Source: Bacillota bacterium (lineage in GTDB: Bacteria; Bacillota; Clostridia; Christensenellales; Aristaeellaceae). Taken from it: 64,000 bases of DNA. The notes under the pieces are model-generated. The model was not told the origin of the DNA and searched no databases. It worked only from the letters and a program-made list of their open reading frames with translations. Of this stretch, positions 20,073 to 29,186 are shown piece by piece (within the stretch, counting starts at the first letter, position 1; each line of letters opens with the position of its first letter). The stretch spans positions 8,743 to 72,742 of the forward strand of contig JAEWYP010000067.1 of NCBI GenBank assembly GCA_023395615.1, in the 5' to 3' direction. The position numbers were made by a program, and so were the translations under genes.

Positions 20073-22589
20073 TCATGGCGCCAGCATATTTCCGCCGGGG
20101 AATATACCATTGTCTGTGCGCAGCGTTTTCTGATCCATATACCAGCCCACAAACTCACGCGCGGCCAGGCTGGCCTCGCCGCCGCTGTGCCCGCTGGGAA
20201 TAAACACGACTACGGCAATCTCGGGTTTATCATACGGGGCCAGCATAATGAACCACGCGTTGTTCTCCAGATCAATGGTGGTAACTTCTGCCGTTCCTGT
20301 TTTTGCGCAGACGTCGTTGCGGTACTTCCATCCACGGAAGTACTTGGCGGCGGTACCGCTTTCCACGTCTACTACGCCTTTCATACCTTCCAGGATCAAC
20401 GGCAGGTACTGATCCGCACCTTCGAAGGTATTCATAATGGTCGGCGTTCGCTGGCTTAAAATATCGCCTTCCGGAGAGGTAATGCTGTCCACGATCATCA
20501 GGTTATAAACGTTACCGCCATTACCGAGAGTGGCCGCATATCGGGCCACGGCCGCGGGTGTGACAGTGGTGATGGACTGCCCGATGGCTACCTGAATGGT
20601 CTGCGCACCGCCCCACTTGATATCGTTCAGGTAATTATACAGGTCCCCGATGACCGCTTGCAGATAAACCATCTCGCGGGTCATGTTCAATTCTTCCATC
20701 AGGATGGGGCGCATGCTGACAACCCAGTCCGTCTGCGCGGTGTTGACGGCCATATCCATCAGGCGCTTGATACAGCGGTTCAGGTGTTCGTCGTCGTAGG
20801 TGATGTTACGGATGGCGCCCTGATTTTTCAGGTGCTTCTTAATGGAGTTGAACACGATAATGGGTACGGCGGTATCCTGAGAGGCTTCGTCCATGGCCTT
20901 GTCGGGGTCGTACAGACTGGTTTGGCAACCCACGATGCTGCGTTGCTCACCGGGCAGGTCCACCCCTGTTTTACTGGTGAGGCCAAACTCGGACGCGTAC
21001 TGGTACAGCCTTGTTTCACCCAGTCGGGCGCCAAGCGTGTAGAAGAAATAGTTGCAGCTGTTAGAGAGGCCCTGCACGATGGTCTGATTCTGGTGCTTGT
21101 AACGCTGCGATTCGCTGATCCAGCAGCGCGGCGCGGTGGAGAGGTCGGAGGTATACAGTGTAAAATACCCCGCGTCGCTGATAATTTCGTTGGGCAGCAG
21201 TTCGCCCTCCATCATGGAACCCAGAGCGGAAACCATTTTAAAAATGGAGCCAGGAGTACCGCGTGCCTGAATCGTATAATTCATCAGCAGATTTCGGTCG
21301 TCGGTCAGTATTTCCTTGCTCTCGTCGCCGCCTGCCACCAGCGCGTTCAGGTCATAGGTGGGATAGTTGGCCATGGCAAGCACGCGGCCCTGCATGTCAA
21401 TTACCATCATGGCGGCGCGGTCAGCCAGTGACAGGGGATATTTGACCCAGTTACGACTCTGGATATCGGCCTTGTTGGCCTCCAGCCAGGTATTGTCCAT
21501 CAGTTTGGCCTCCTGCGCATCGCGAGTGGAGGCCACGTTCTTTGCCAGCGCGCGTTCCGCCTGCTGCTGATAACTGGCATAGATGGTCAGTTTTACGTTG
21601 CTGCCGTCCTGAGGTTCCACATAGTTCAGCTCGCGGGTGATTTTACCGACGCTGTTGCGCTCAACGGTTTTATAACCCTGCCGGGCGTCGCTGTCTTCGG
21701 TCAGCCAATCCTCCATGGAGGCTTCAATGCCGTCCAGACCGATGTCGTCGCTGTATTTATATCCTTTCGGTTTCAGCTCTTCCCATTTGGATTGCGAGGG
21801 GATGGCGCCGATGTAGCCGATCACCTGCGCGGCCAGTGTGCTGCGAGGATATACGCGCTTGGTGCCGACGGATACTTCCATGCCGGGCAGGGTCATGGAT
21901 CGGGTCTCGATTTCGATTACGGTTTCGTAGGGAACATCCTTCGCGATGACGATCGGCTGCGAGTTAAACAGGTTCATCTGCATTTCGGAGTAGACGGCCA
22001 TGACCTGCAACATGCGAGTTTCACTCATGGAGGCGGGTATCTGATAACGAGCTTTCAGCGCGGCGATGGCCGCGTTGGCGTCCGGTATCTTTGTCGTGGA
22101 GAAGTAGTTGTTATTCCGCCATTGGCTCTCGCGTGTCTGAAGAACCGCTTCGGTTACGCCCGAACCGAAGTTGAATTTCCACTGATCTGTCGCCGGATCC
22201 TTTTCAATGACAAACTTGACCGATAATTGACTGCCGTTTCCTTCGATGATGTCGATTGCGTCCGAGATGGACTGGGTGAGTGATTTATAAGTATCTTTTG
22301 AATTCTGCGACGCGTCCCGGTAGAAGGTGACGTTGTATATTTTCTCGCTCTTGGCAAGGATGACCGCGTCCGCGTCGGTGATCATACCGCGGCTGCCGCG
22401 CAGGGTGATTTTAGTGGTGCGGCGGTCTTCGGCGCTCTTGGAATAATCATCACCGGACTTCAGCTGAAGGTTAATCAGCCCCCAAACCAGATAGAGGAAC
22501 ATCACGATAATAATCATCAGGAAAAAGGCATACCGGGCCTGAAGGTTGTAACCCCTTCGATCCAGCCTGCGATTCGGGGAGGAGAGCAT
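20073..22589 (-). CDS. mrdA: Penicillin-binding protein 2 (elongation transpeptidase MrdA)
   Basis: It has an N-terminal TM segment and the motifs SxxK (GSIFKM), SxN (SNS) and KTG (KTGTAE). The start at M7 of the ORF has an AAAGGAG RBS. Confidence 0.9.
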   Translation of the reverse strand: MLSSPNRRLDRRGYNLQARYAFFLMIIIVMFLYLVWGLINLQLKSGDDYSKSAEDRRTTKITLRGSRGMITDADAVILAKSEKIYNVTFYRDASQNSKDTYKSLTQSISDAIDIIEGNGSQLSVKFVIEKDPATDQWKFNFGSGVTEAVLQTRESQWRNNNYFSTTKIPDANAAIAALKARYQIPASMSETRMLQVMAVYSEMQMNLFNSQPIVIAKDVPYETVIEIETRSMTLPGMEVSVGTKRVYPRSTLAAQVIGYIGAIPSQSKWEELKPKGYKYSDDIGLDGIEASMEDWLTEDSDARQGYKTVERNSVGKITRELNYVEPQDGSNVKLTIYASYQQQAERALAKNVASTRDAQEAKLMDNTWLEANKADIQSRNWVKYPLSLADRAAMMVIDMQGRVLAMANYPTYDLNALVAGGDESKEILTDDRNLLMNYTIQARGTPGSIFKMVSALGSMMEGELLPNEIISDAGYFTLYTSDLSTAPRCWISESQRYKHQNQTIVQGLSNSCNYFFYTLGARLGETRLYQYASEFGLTSKTGVDLPGEQRSIVGCQTSLYDPDKAMDEASQDTAVPIIVFNSIKKHLKNQGAIRNITYDDEHLNRCIKRLMDMAVNTAQTDWVVSMRPILMEELNMTREMVYLQAVIGDLYNYLNDIKWGGAQTIQVAIGQSITTVTPAAVARYAATLGNGGNVYNLMIVDSITSPEGDILSQRTPTIMNTFEGADQYLPLILEGMKGVVDVESGTAAKYFRGWKYRNDVCAKTGTAEVTTIDLENNAWFIMLAPYDKPEIAVVVFIPSGHSGGEASLAAREFVGWYMDQKTLRTDNGIFPGGNMLAP

Positions 22590-22662
22590 GGTTGCTCCTT
22601 TCCGCATTGCCGTTTACCGCGAAAAATGCGGGAGGAACGGCAACGCAAACCGGCGTATTTAC

Positions 22663-23208
22663 TCAGCGAGCTTTCTTCAGTTTATAAACGCCCAACCACC
22701 AGCGGATGGGAAACTGAAGAGCGCCCGCAAGCGCTGTGGTGTAAACTACGGAGATAACAGCCCGCGACCAATGGCCGTTATCCAGTTGAATCCCGCTTAA
22801 ATACACGTACATCAGGTTGACGGATTCAAACACCGATACGCTTAATAGCGCGCAAAGAATGGTGCGAAGGTGGGGAGGAAGGTTGCCTGCTCTTCTCCCC
22901 AGCGTTCTGGCTTCCTCCAGCTTCAGTTCGCTTTTATCCGAAAAAGCCAGAGAACCAAGCATGGCGCAAACGGGATACAGAATCACGTTGATGTACGGAA
23001 GGGTTGGCAGCATCAGTTCCAGTAAATAACCCACCGTAACCGACATGACAAACGTGTACTTGCGTCCCATCGCCACGCTGACGACCGCGATGATCGCCAG
23101 CGCGATGTTAGGCGCTACGTCCCACAGGGAAAGATACTGGGACAGAGTGGATTGCAGGAGATAGCACAACAGGGTAAGAAACGCGAATTTTAACCCCTTT
23201 TTAACCAC
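22663..23208 (-). CDS. mreD: Rod shape-determining protein MreD
   Basis: A small polytopic membrane protein immediately after mreC. Its GTG start overlaps the mreC TAG stop by 1 nt. Confidence 0.8.
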   Translation of the reverse strand: MVKKGLKFAFLTLLCYLLQSTLSQYLSLWDVAPNIALAIIAVVSVAMGRKYTFVMSVTVGYLLELMLPTLPYINVILYPVCAMLGSLAFSDKSELKLEEARTLGRRAGNLPPHLRTILCALLSVSVFESVNLMYVYLSGIQLDNGHWSRAVISVVYTTALAGALQFPIRWWLGVYKLKKAR

Positions 23209-24449
23209 TACTGATCCTCCTCCACAGATACGTCCAACGGAGGCGGGGTGGGTGTGGGGGAAGCGGTAGGCGCGAGTGTAAAGCCGTAGGTATTGTCCGA
23301 CGCCATGTCACTGGGGACCTGATACTCATATTCGCCGGACGATGGGGTTGCGGAAGCACCATCCGGAACGGTTGTGGAAGGCAAAGGAGTAGTAAGATCG
23401 CCCCCGCTTAACGGCGAAGAACTCGGTGTGACGGACGGAACCGGCGTAGGAGCCAGCTGATAGAAATCGGAACCGATCTGGATGGTGGGCACGGGCAACT
23501 CGGTATCCAGTGGGGTAAAGGTAAGCGAATCGCTGCTGCTGGCGCGCGCTTCCACAGCGCCGGCTTGCGGCTGGTAGCGCAGCACCAGAACATACTCGAT
23601 ATGCTCAAAGTCCGCCGTTGGCTCCACAACGATATAACTCTTGTTGCTTTCCATGCCGCGCGTGCTTTCGCGCACGGTGCCGATGGGAATCCCTTTGGGG
23701 AAGGACATGCCGACGCCGGAGGTGACGACCGTATCACCCGGGCGGGGCAGATGATCATCCGGCAGGTAATACATGCGGCACATGGCGGTACCATCCACGC
23801 CCAGCGTGCCGCGTACCGTGCCCTGATCGCGCGTGGAGGAGATCAGCGCGGCGATGCTGGCCTGGCTGTCGATGATGGTGCGCACGCTGGATTTAGTGGC
23901 CGTTACGTTGTAGGTATAACCGATCAGCGCGCCCTCCGTGGTGACGGCCATATAGTCTTCCACACCGTCGTTGGAGCCTTTATTGATGGTGAACGCGGAA
24001 AAATAATTACCCTGATCGTGATCAATGACCGTAGCGACCAACGGATTCATACTTTCGTTCACGGAAATCTCGTCGTACATGTTTTCATACACGGAAAGTT
24101 TATACTGCAACTGGTCTGCCAGCATCGCCTGGTAGACGAGACGCTCGTTTTCATCTTTCAGCTGGTTATAGGCAAGCTCCAGATTCGCGCGCAACTTCCA
24201 TTGGTAGAGGTAATCGACAACGGTTTCCACAACGCTGGAAAATCCGGTTTGGATCGGCGTGATCACGCGGGCTGCCAGATTTTCGGGGATACTGAAAACA
24301 GAGGTTCCGGTAACCAGAAAAAGGATATGCGTCCCGGCCATGCCCAGCACTGCCAGAATGGCGAGAATCATAACGACTCTGCGGAAAACGTGTTTGTCTC
24401 CGCCTTCGCTTTGTTTCTTACGTTCGGGTTTGGGTTCCTTTGGATTCAT
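23208..24449 (-). CDS. mreC: Rod shape-determining protein MreC with a Pro/Thr/Ser-rich C-terminal extension
   Basis: It has an N-terminal TM segment, a coiled coil (LELAYNQLKDENERLVYQ) and beta-barrel core blocks (GDTVVTSGVGMSFPKGIPIGTV). A low-complexity tail of about 110 aa follows. Confidence 0.9.
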   Translation of the reverse strand: MNPKEPKPERKKQSEGGDKHVFRRVVMILAILAVLGMAGTHILFLVTGTSVFSIPENLAARVITPIQTGFSSVVETVVDYLYQWKLRANLELAYNQLKDENERLVYQAMLADQLQYKLSVYENMYDEISVNESMNPLVATVIDHDQGNYFSAFTINKGSNDGVEDYMAVTTEGALIGYTYNVTATKSSVRTIIDSQASIAALISSTRDQGTVRGTLGVDGTAMCRMYYLPDDHLPRPGDTVVTSGVGMSFPKGIPIGTVRESTRGMESNKSYIVVEPTADFEHIEYVLVLRYQPQAGAVEARASSSDSLTFTPLDTELPVPTIQIGSDFYQLAPTPVPSVTPSSSPLSGGDLTTPLPSTTVPDGASATPSSGEYEYQVPSDMASDNTYGFTLAPTASPTPTPPPLDVSVEEDQ

Positions 24450-24520
24450 TCGTTATCCTCCGGTTAACTGCAGGGTTTGGGTTGAATGCCTGGCGCTGTC
24501 GCGCTTCGACGGAGAGTGAG

Positions 24521-25549
24521 TTAACTTTGTTTCAGAAAGCTGACTCGCCCCAGATGCTGGAGCAAATCAAAATTTTCGATGATATTACCCAGCCCAAGTG
24601 CGGCGCAGTCCATGGGTTCCTTAGCCAACAGAACCGGGATGCCCAGTTCACTTGCGATCATCTGGTCCATTCCGTATAAAAGCGCGCCGCCACCGGTGAT
24701 GTAGATGCCGTTGTGCATCACGTCCGCGGCCAGTTCCGGCGGAGTGCGCTCCAAGACCCACTTAATGGCGCTGAGGATAGCCAGACATGGCTCGTGAATG
24801 GCCTGATAAATCTGCGTGGAGGTGATTTCGGTGGTCTGCGGCAGGTTGGTGACCATATCGCGGCCGCGGATACGCGCACGCCGCTCTTCCCGGATCGGCA
24901 GCGCCGCGCCAAGATCCAGCTTTACCTCTTCGGCGGTGCGATCCCCAATCAGGATATTAAACTCCCGCTTGATAAAGTTGATAATCGCCTCGTCCATTTT
25001 GACCCCGCCCACGCGGATGGAGTGGCTTAACACTACGCCGCCCAGCGAGATCACGGATACATCCGTGGTGCCGCCGCCGATATCCACGATCATACAGCCA
25101 TTCGGCTCAAACACGGGCAAACCGCTGCCCAGGGCTGACGCGAACGGCTTCTCCACGAGAAAAATCTTACGCCCGCCCGCGCATTTGGCGGCTTCCATAA
25201 CAGCGCGCTGCTCGATGCTGGAGATGGAACAGGGATAGGTGAGGAACAGCCGGGGTTTGAGCAGGTAGCTGGACCCGATGGCCTTTCGCGTGAAGTACTG
25301 CAAAAGGATGCGGGTCATATCAAAATCGGTAATCACGCCTTCCCGCATGGGGCGTATCGCCATTACGCCTTCCGTGGTGCGGCCCAGCATAATTTTCGCG
25401 TCGTCACCCACGGCACGTACGCGGCGTTCGTTGGTGCTTTCCACCACCACAATGGTTGGCTCGTTGACTACGATATTCTTTCCGCCTACATAGACAAGCG
25501 TATTGCTGGTGCCTAAATCAATGCCCAGATCATGCGCTGCGAAACCCAT
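24521..25549 (-). CDS. mreB: Rod shape-determining protein MreB
   Basis: Contains the actin-fold motifs DLGIDLGTSNTLVYV and MIVDIGGGTTDVSVISLGG. Confidence 0.95.
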   Translation of the reverse strand: MGFAAHDLGIDLGTSNTLVYVGGKNIVVNEPTIVVVESTNERRVRAVGDDAKIMLGRTTEGVMAIRPMREGVITDFDMTRILLQYFTRKAIGSSYLLKPRLFLTYPCSISSIEQRAVMEAAKCAGGRKIFLVEKPFASALGSGLPVFEPNGCMIVDIGGGTTDVSVISLGGVVLSHSIRVGGVKMDEAIINFIKREFNILIGDRTAEEVKLDLGAALPIREERRARIRGRDMVTNLPQTTEITSTQIYQAIHEPCLAILSAIKWVLERTPPELAADVMHNGIYITGGGALLYGMDQMIASELGIPVLLAKEPMDCAALGLGNIIENFDLLQHLGRVSFLKQS

Positions 25550-25599
25550 CTATCACACATCCGTTCCCTGATGATCAGTAGTGGCCTGATGAAACCTGT

Positions 25600-26199
25600 T
25601 TACCGAAGAATCTCATCTCCCGGATAAAGCCCGGCTGCCTGTAAAAGCGACGCTACCACGGCCAGTGGAAGGCCGATCACATTGGTGGGGCTGCCATCAA
25701 TCCGCTCCACAAAAAGACCGCCGATTTCCTGCATGGCGTACGCGCCCGCCTTGTCCATCGGTTCGCCGGTTTCTACATATCGGCTGATCTCCGCCGCGTG
25801 AAGCGTACGGAATTTTACGCGCGTAGTATCCACTCTTTCGCGCAGCTGCCCGTCAGGGGTGCGCAGGCATATCCCGGTGTATACGGAATGCCAACGGCCG
25901 GATAAAAGACGGAGCATCTTAACGGCGTCCTCTGTGTCGGCTGGCTTGCCAAGCACCAGATCGTCCACGCAGACCAGCGTGTCCGCGGAAAGAATGGGCA
26001 ACGCCGGGTATCTGTGGGCAACCTCTGTCCCTTTCAATCTGGCCAGTGCCGCTACGCGCTCTAAACCCGAACCCTGCGCGTTTTCCTCTGCGTCAGAAGG
26101 AATAACCGCAAAAGGAAGTCCAAAATATGTTAAAAGCTCACGCCTTCGCGGCGAGCCGGAAGCCAGTATTAAACGTGCCTGCGAAACGGTTGTTTCCAT
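25600..26199 (-). CDS. maf: Maf-like nucleoside triphosphate pyrophosphatase
   Basis: LILASGSPRRRELL ... DKAGAYAMQEIGG is the canonical Maf pattern, and the gene lies upstream of mreB. Confidence 0.9.
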   Translation of the reverse strand: METTVSQARLILASGSPRRRELLTYFGLPFAVIPSDAEENAQGSGLERVAALARLKGTEVAHRYPALPILSADTLVCVDDLVLGKPADTEDAVKMLRLLSGRWHSVYTGICLRTPDGQLRERVDTTRVKFRTLHAAEISRYVETGEPMDKAGAYAMQEIGGLFVERIDGSPTNVIGLPLAVVASLLQAAGLYPGDEILR

Positions 26200-26337
26200 T
26201 GGACTCCTCCTTCTGTGGCAGCTCCAGGACGCTCTATTATAGCACAGGGGGTCAACAGGCGTACAGGGATCGACAGATTTTGTTACGCTGCCTGCGTCGC
26301 GATATATTCTTCGTTTCGCGGTGATGTCCGGCGGCGC

Positions 26338-26366
26338 TTGACTTCCGGGCCTGATGGAAGGATAAT
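26338..26366 (+). promoter_or_regulatory. Putative promoter of the DUF512-der operon (TTGACT-N17-GATAAT)
   Basis: Read directly, 43 nt upstream of the ATG at 26409. Confidence 0.4.
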
Positions 26367-26408
26367 AGAAGATGCCGCACCGCTTGCGGCGGTACGGAGG
26401 GAACAGGG

Positions 26409-27737
26409 ATGAAACATCGGATCACCGGAGTGGAAAGCGGCTCCGTAGCCGAGAAATACGGCATTCTCGCGGGAGACACGCTGCTTACCATGAACGGCGA
26501 AGAAATACTGGATGAGATCGACTATCAGGCTTTGCTGACAAAGCAGGATCTGGTACTGGAACTGGAACGGGCGGAGGGCCGGAAAGAGACTCTGCTGATC
26601 CGCAAGGAGGACTGGGAGCCTCTGGGTTTGCATTTCGGCGAGAGCATGACGCTGAAACCCCGCAGTTGCCGTAACAAATGCAAATTCTGCTTTATTGACC
26701 AGATGCCCCCGGGAATGCGCGAGCCTTTGTATATCAAGGACGATGATTGGCGCTTTTCTCTGATGATGGGTAACTTCGTGACCCTGACCAACGTGGACGA
26801 AGCCGAATTTCAGCGGATTCTGCGAAGACATGCGTCGCCTTTGTACGTCAGCGTTCATACGACCAACCCGGAACTGCGCTGCCGGATGATGAACAATCGT
26901 TTCGCGGGGGATATACTGGCGCGGTTAAAACGGCTGGCGGATGCGGGAATCCAGTTTCACTGCCAGATTGTATGCTGCCCGGGATACAACGATGGGGAAG
27001 AACTGCTGCGTACATTACATGATCTGCGGGATCTGGCGCCCGCCGCGAAGACAGTCGCGATTGTGCCGGTAGGCCTGACCCGCTTCCGCGAAGGGCTGGA
27101 CAAACTTACCCTGTTTAACCGGAACAGCGCGAAGGCGTTCCTGCGTTCGCTGGCCCCGTTTCAGGCGGAGTGCCGGGAAAAGCTGGGTACTACCTTTGTT
27201 TTTCCCAGCGATGAGTTTTATTGCCTGAGCGGCGACCCGGTGCCGCCTGCGGATTGGTACGAGGGGTTTCCGCAGATTGAAAACGGCGTCGGAATGCTGG
27301 CCAAAATGGAGCAGGAGTTGCTGGAGGCGGAGGCGGACGAACAGGAGAACGAAACGACACCTTCAACCCCGCGAACCCTTGTGATGATCACCGGGGTAAG
27401 CGCCGCACCCCATATGATTCGCTTTGCGGAACGCTTCGCCCCGGCGGGCACACAGGTGCGCGTGATAACGATCGTGAACCGTTTTTTCGGCGAAACCATT
27501 ACCGTAACCGGTCTGCTGACCGGCGGGGATACGCTGGATCAGCTGACGCCGGAGAAGCTGGCCGGGGCGGATGAACTGCTGATGAGCTGCAATATGTTGC
27601 GACATGAACGCGACCTGTTCCTGGACGACATGCCGTTTGAGGAATTTAAGCACCGCCTGCCGGTGCCTGTGCGGCTGGTGGGCGACGGGTATGACCTGTA
27701 TCAGGCGCTGCGGGGCCGCGCGCCGACGGACGAATAA
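26409..27737 (+). CDS. DUF512 domain protein (PDZ plus radical-SAM-like module)
   Basis: The N-terminal PDZ-like segment is ITGVESGSVAEKYGILAGDTLLTMNGEEILDEIDY, followed by the CRNKCKFCF cysteine cluster. Its position directly upstream of der is typical in Clostridia. Confidence 0.8.
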   Translation: MKHRITGVESGSVAEKYGILAGDTLLTMNGEEILDEIDYQALLTKQDLVLELERAEGRKETLLIRKEDWEPLGLHFGESMTLKPRSCRNKCKFCFIDQMPPGMREPLYIKDDDWRFSLMMGNFVTLTNVDEAEFQRILRRHASPLYVSVHTTNPELRCRMMNNRFAGDILARLKRLADAGIQFHCQIVCCPGYNDGEELLRTLHDLRDLAPAAKTVAIVPVGLTRFREGLDKLTLFNRNSAKAFLRSLAPFQAECREKLGTTFVFPSDEFYCLSGDPVPPADWYEGFPQIENGVGMLAKMEQELLEAEADEQENETTPSTPRTLVMITGVSAAPHMIRFAERFAPAGTQVRVITIVNRFFGETITVTGLLTGGDTLDQLTPEKLAGADELLMSCNMLRHERDLFLDDMPFEEFKHRLPVPVRLVGDGYDLYQALRGRAPTDE

Positions 27738-27753
27738 CGTAAGGAGAATGGAT

Positions 27754-29097
27754 ATGGCAAGACCGCTGGTAGCCATTGTGGGCCGTCCCAATGTAGGGAA
27801 ATCGACTTTCTTTAATAAAATCGCGGGCAGGCGTATCTCGATTGTGGAAGATGTGCCCGGTGTGACGCGCGATCGTATTTATGCCGATGTGGAGTGGACG
27901 GGACGGCGCTTCACGCTGATTGACACCGGCGGTATTGACATGCGCAGCGACGATGTGTTTCTGGCGCAGATGCGCAGACAGGCACAGATTGCCATGGATA
28001 CGGCGGATGTGATCTGCTTTTTCTGCGATGGGCGCACTGGGCTGACGACTGAAGACGAAGAAGTAGCCAATTATCTGCGTAGAACCCATAAACCGGTTTT
28101 ACTGGTGATTAATAAGATTGACGGCCGCAAAGACGAAGCGAACCTCTATGAATACTACAATCTGGGGCTTGGCGATCCAATCGCCATCTCCAGCACCAAC
28201 ATGCTGGGGCTGGGCGATTTGCTGGACGCGATCGTACACCTGCTGCCTCCCGCGAAGCCTGACGAGGGTGAGGAAGCGGATCATGTGATCCAACTGGCGG
28301 TTGTCGGCAGGCCGAACGTGGGGAAAAGCTCATTGTGCAACCGGCTTCTGGCGCAGGAACGCGTAATGGTCAGCGATATTCCCGGCACCACGCGGGACGC
28401 GATTGACACGCTGTTTACCGATTCCGACGGCACACAGTTTAACATCATTGATACGGCCGGGATGCGCAAGAAAAGGGCGGTAGAGGAGGAGAGCCTCGAA
28501 AAATACAGCGTTCTGCGTTCCATCGCAGCGATTGACCGCTGCGATGTCGCCATCCTGATGATTGACGCGCAGACAGGGGTGACCGAGCAGGATACGAAGA
28601 TTGCCGGATTGATCCTGGATTCCGGCAAGGCGGTCGTCGTTGCCGTAAACAAATGGGACGCTATTGAGAAAGATACGAACACGATGGAGGAGATGCGCAA
28701 AAAGATAGTCAGCGATCTCAAGTTTATGGCCTATGCGCCGATCATTTTCCTGTCCGCGCTGACCGGACAGCGGGCCAATACGGTGCTGGGCAAAGTAAAG
28801 GAAGTTTTCGAGAACTACCGCCGCCGCATCCCGACCGGCGTGATCAACGAGGCGCTGGCGGATGCACAGGCAAGTCTGCAGCCGCCCATGCAAAACGGGC
28901 GCAAGCTGAAAATTTACTATGCGACCCAGCAGGCGGCCTGCCCGCCAACGTTCGTGTTCTTCGTAAACGATCAGGACCTGATGCATTTCGCCTACGAACG
29001 CTATCTGGAGAACCATTTCCGGAAGTGCTTCGAGTTTGCGGGAACACCGCTGCGTTTTATCCTGCGGGAAAAGCAAAAGGACGAAGCCAGACCCTGA
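27754..29097 (+). CDS. der: Ribosome biogenesis GTPase Der (EngA)
   Basis: It has two tandem G domains (GRPNVGKSTFFN and GRPNVGKSSLCN) and a KH-like C-terminus. The start at 27754 has an AAGGAGA RBS. Confidence 0.95.
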   Translation: MARPLVAIVGRPNVGKSTFFNKIAGRRISIVEDVPGVTRDRIYADVEWTGRRFTLIDTGGIDMRSDDVFLAQMRRQAQIAMDTADVICFFCDGRTGLTTEDEEVANYLRRTHKPVLLVINKIDGRKDEANLYEYYNLGLGDPIAISSTNMLGLGDLLDAIVHLLPPAKPDEGEEADHVIQLAVVGRPNVGKSSLCNRLLAQERVMVSDIPGTTRDAIDTLFTDSDGTQFNIIDTAGMRKKRAVEEESLEKYSVLRSIAAIDRCDVAILMIDAQTGVTEQDTKIAGLILDSGKAVVVAVNKWDAIEKDTNTMEEMRKKIVSDLKFMAYAPIIFLSALTGQRANTVLGKVKEVFENYRRRIPTGVINEALADAQASLQPPMQNGRKLKIYYATQQAACPPTFVFFVNDQDLMHFAYERYLENHFRKCFEFAGTPLRFILREKQKDEARP

Positions 29098-29186
29098 AAA
29101 TTGGTATTCGCGGTGTGAATTTGAACACGCAGACAACCGACCGGTTCGGTTTCCCGTTCCGGCCGGTTGTTCCCGTGGCTTCAGGT

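Noticed and set aside
27604-27753. 50-codon upstream extension of der overlapping the DUF512 gene
   Set aside because: The extension is Cys/Arg/Trp-rich nonsense in an alternate frame of the DUF512 3' end. The start at 27754 has AAGGAGA and gives the canonical MARPLVAIVGRPNVGKST N-terminus.
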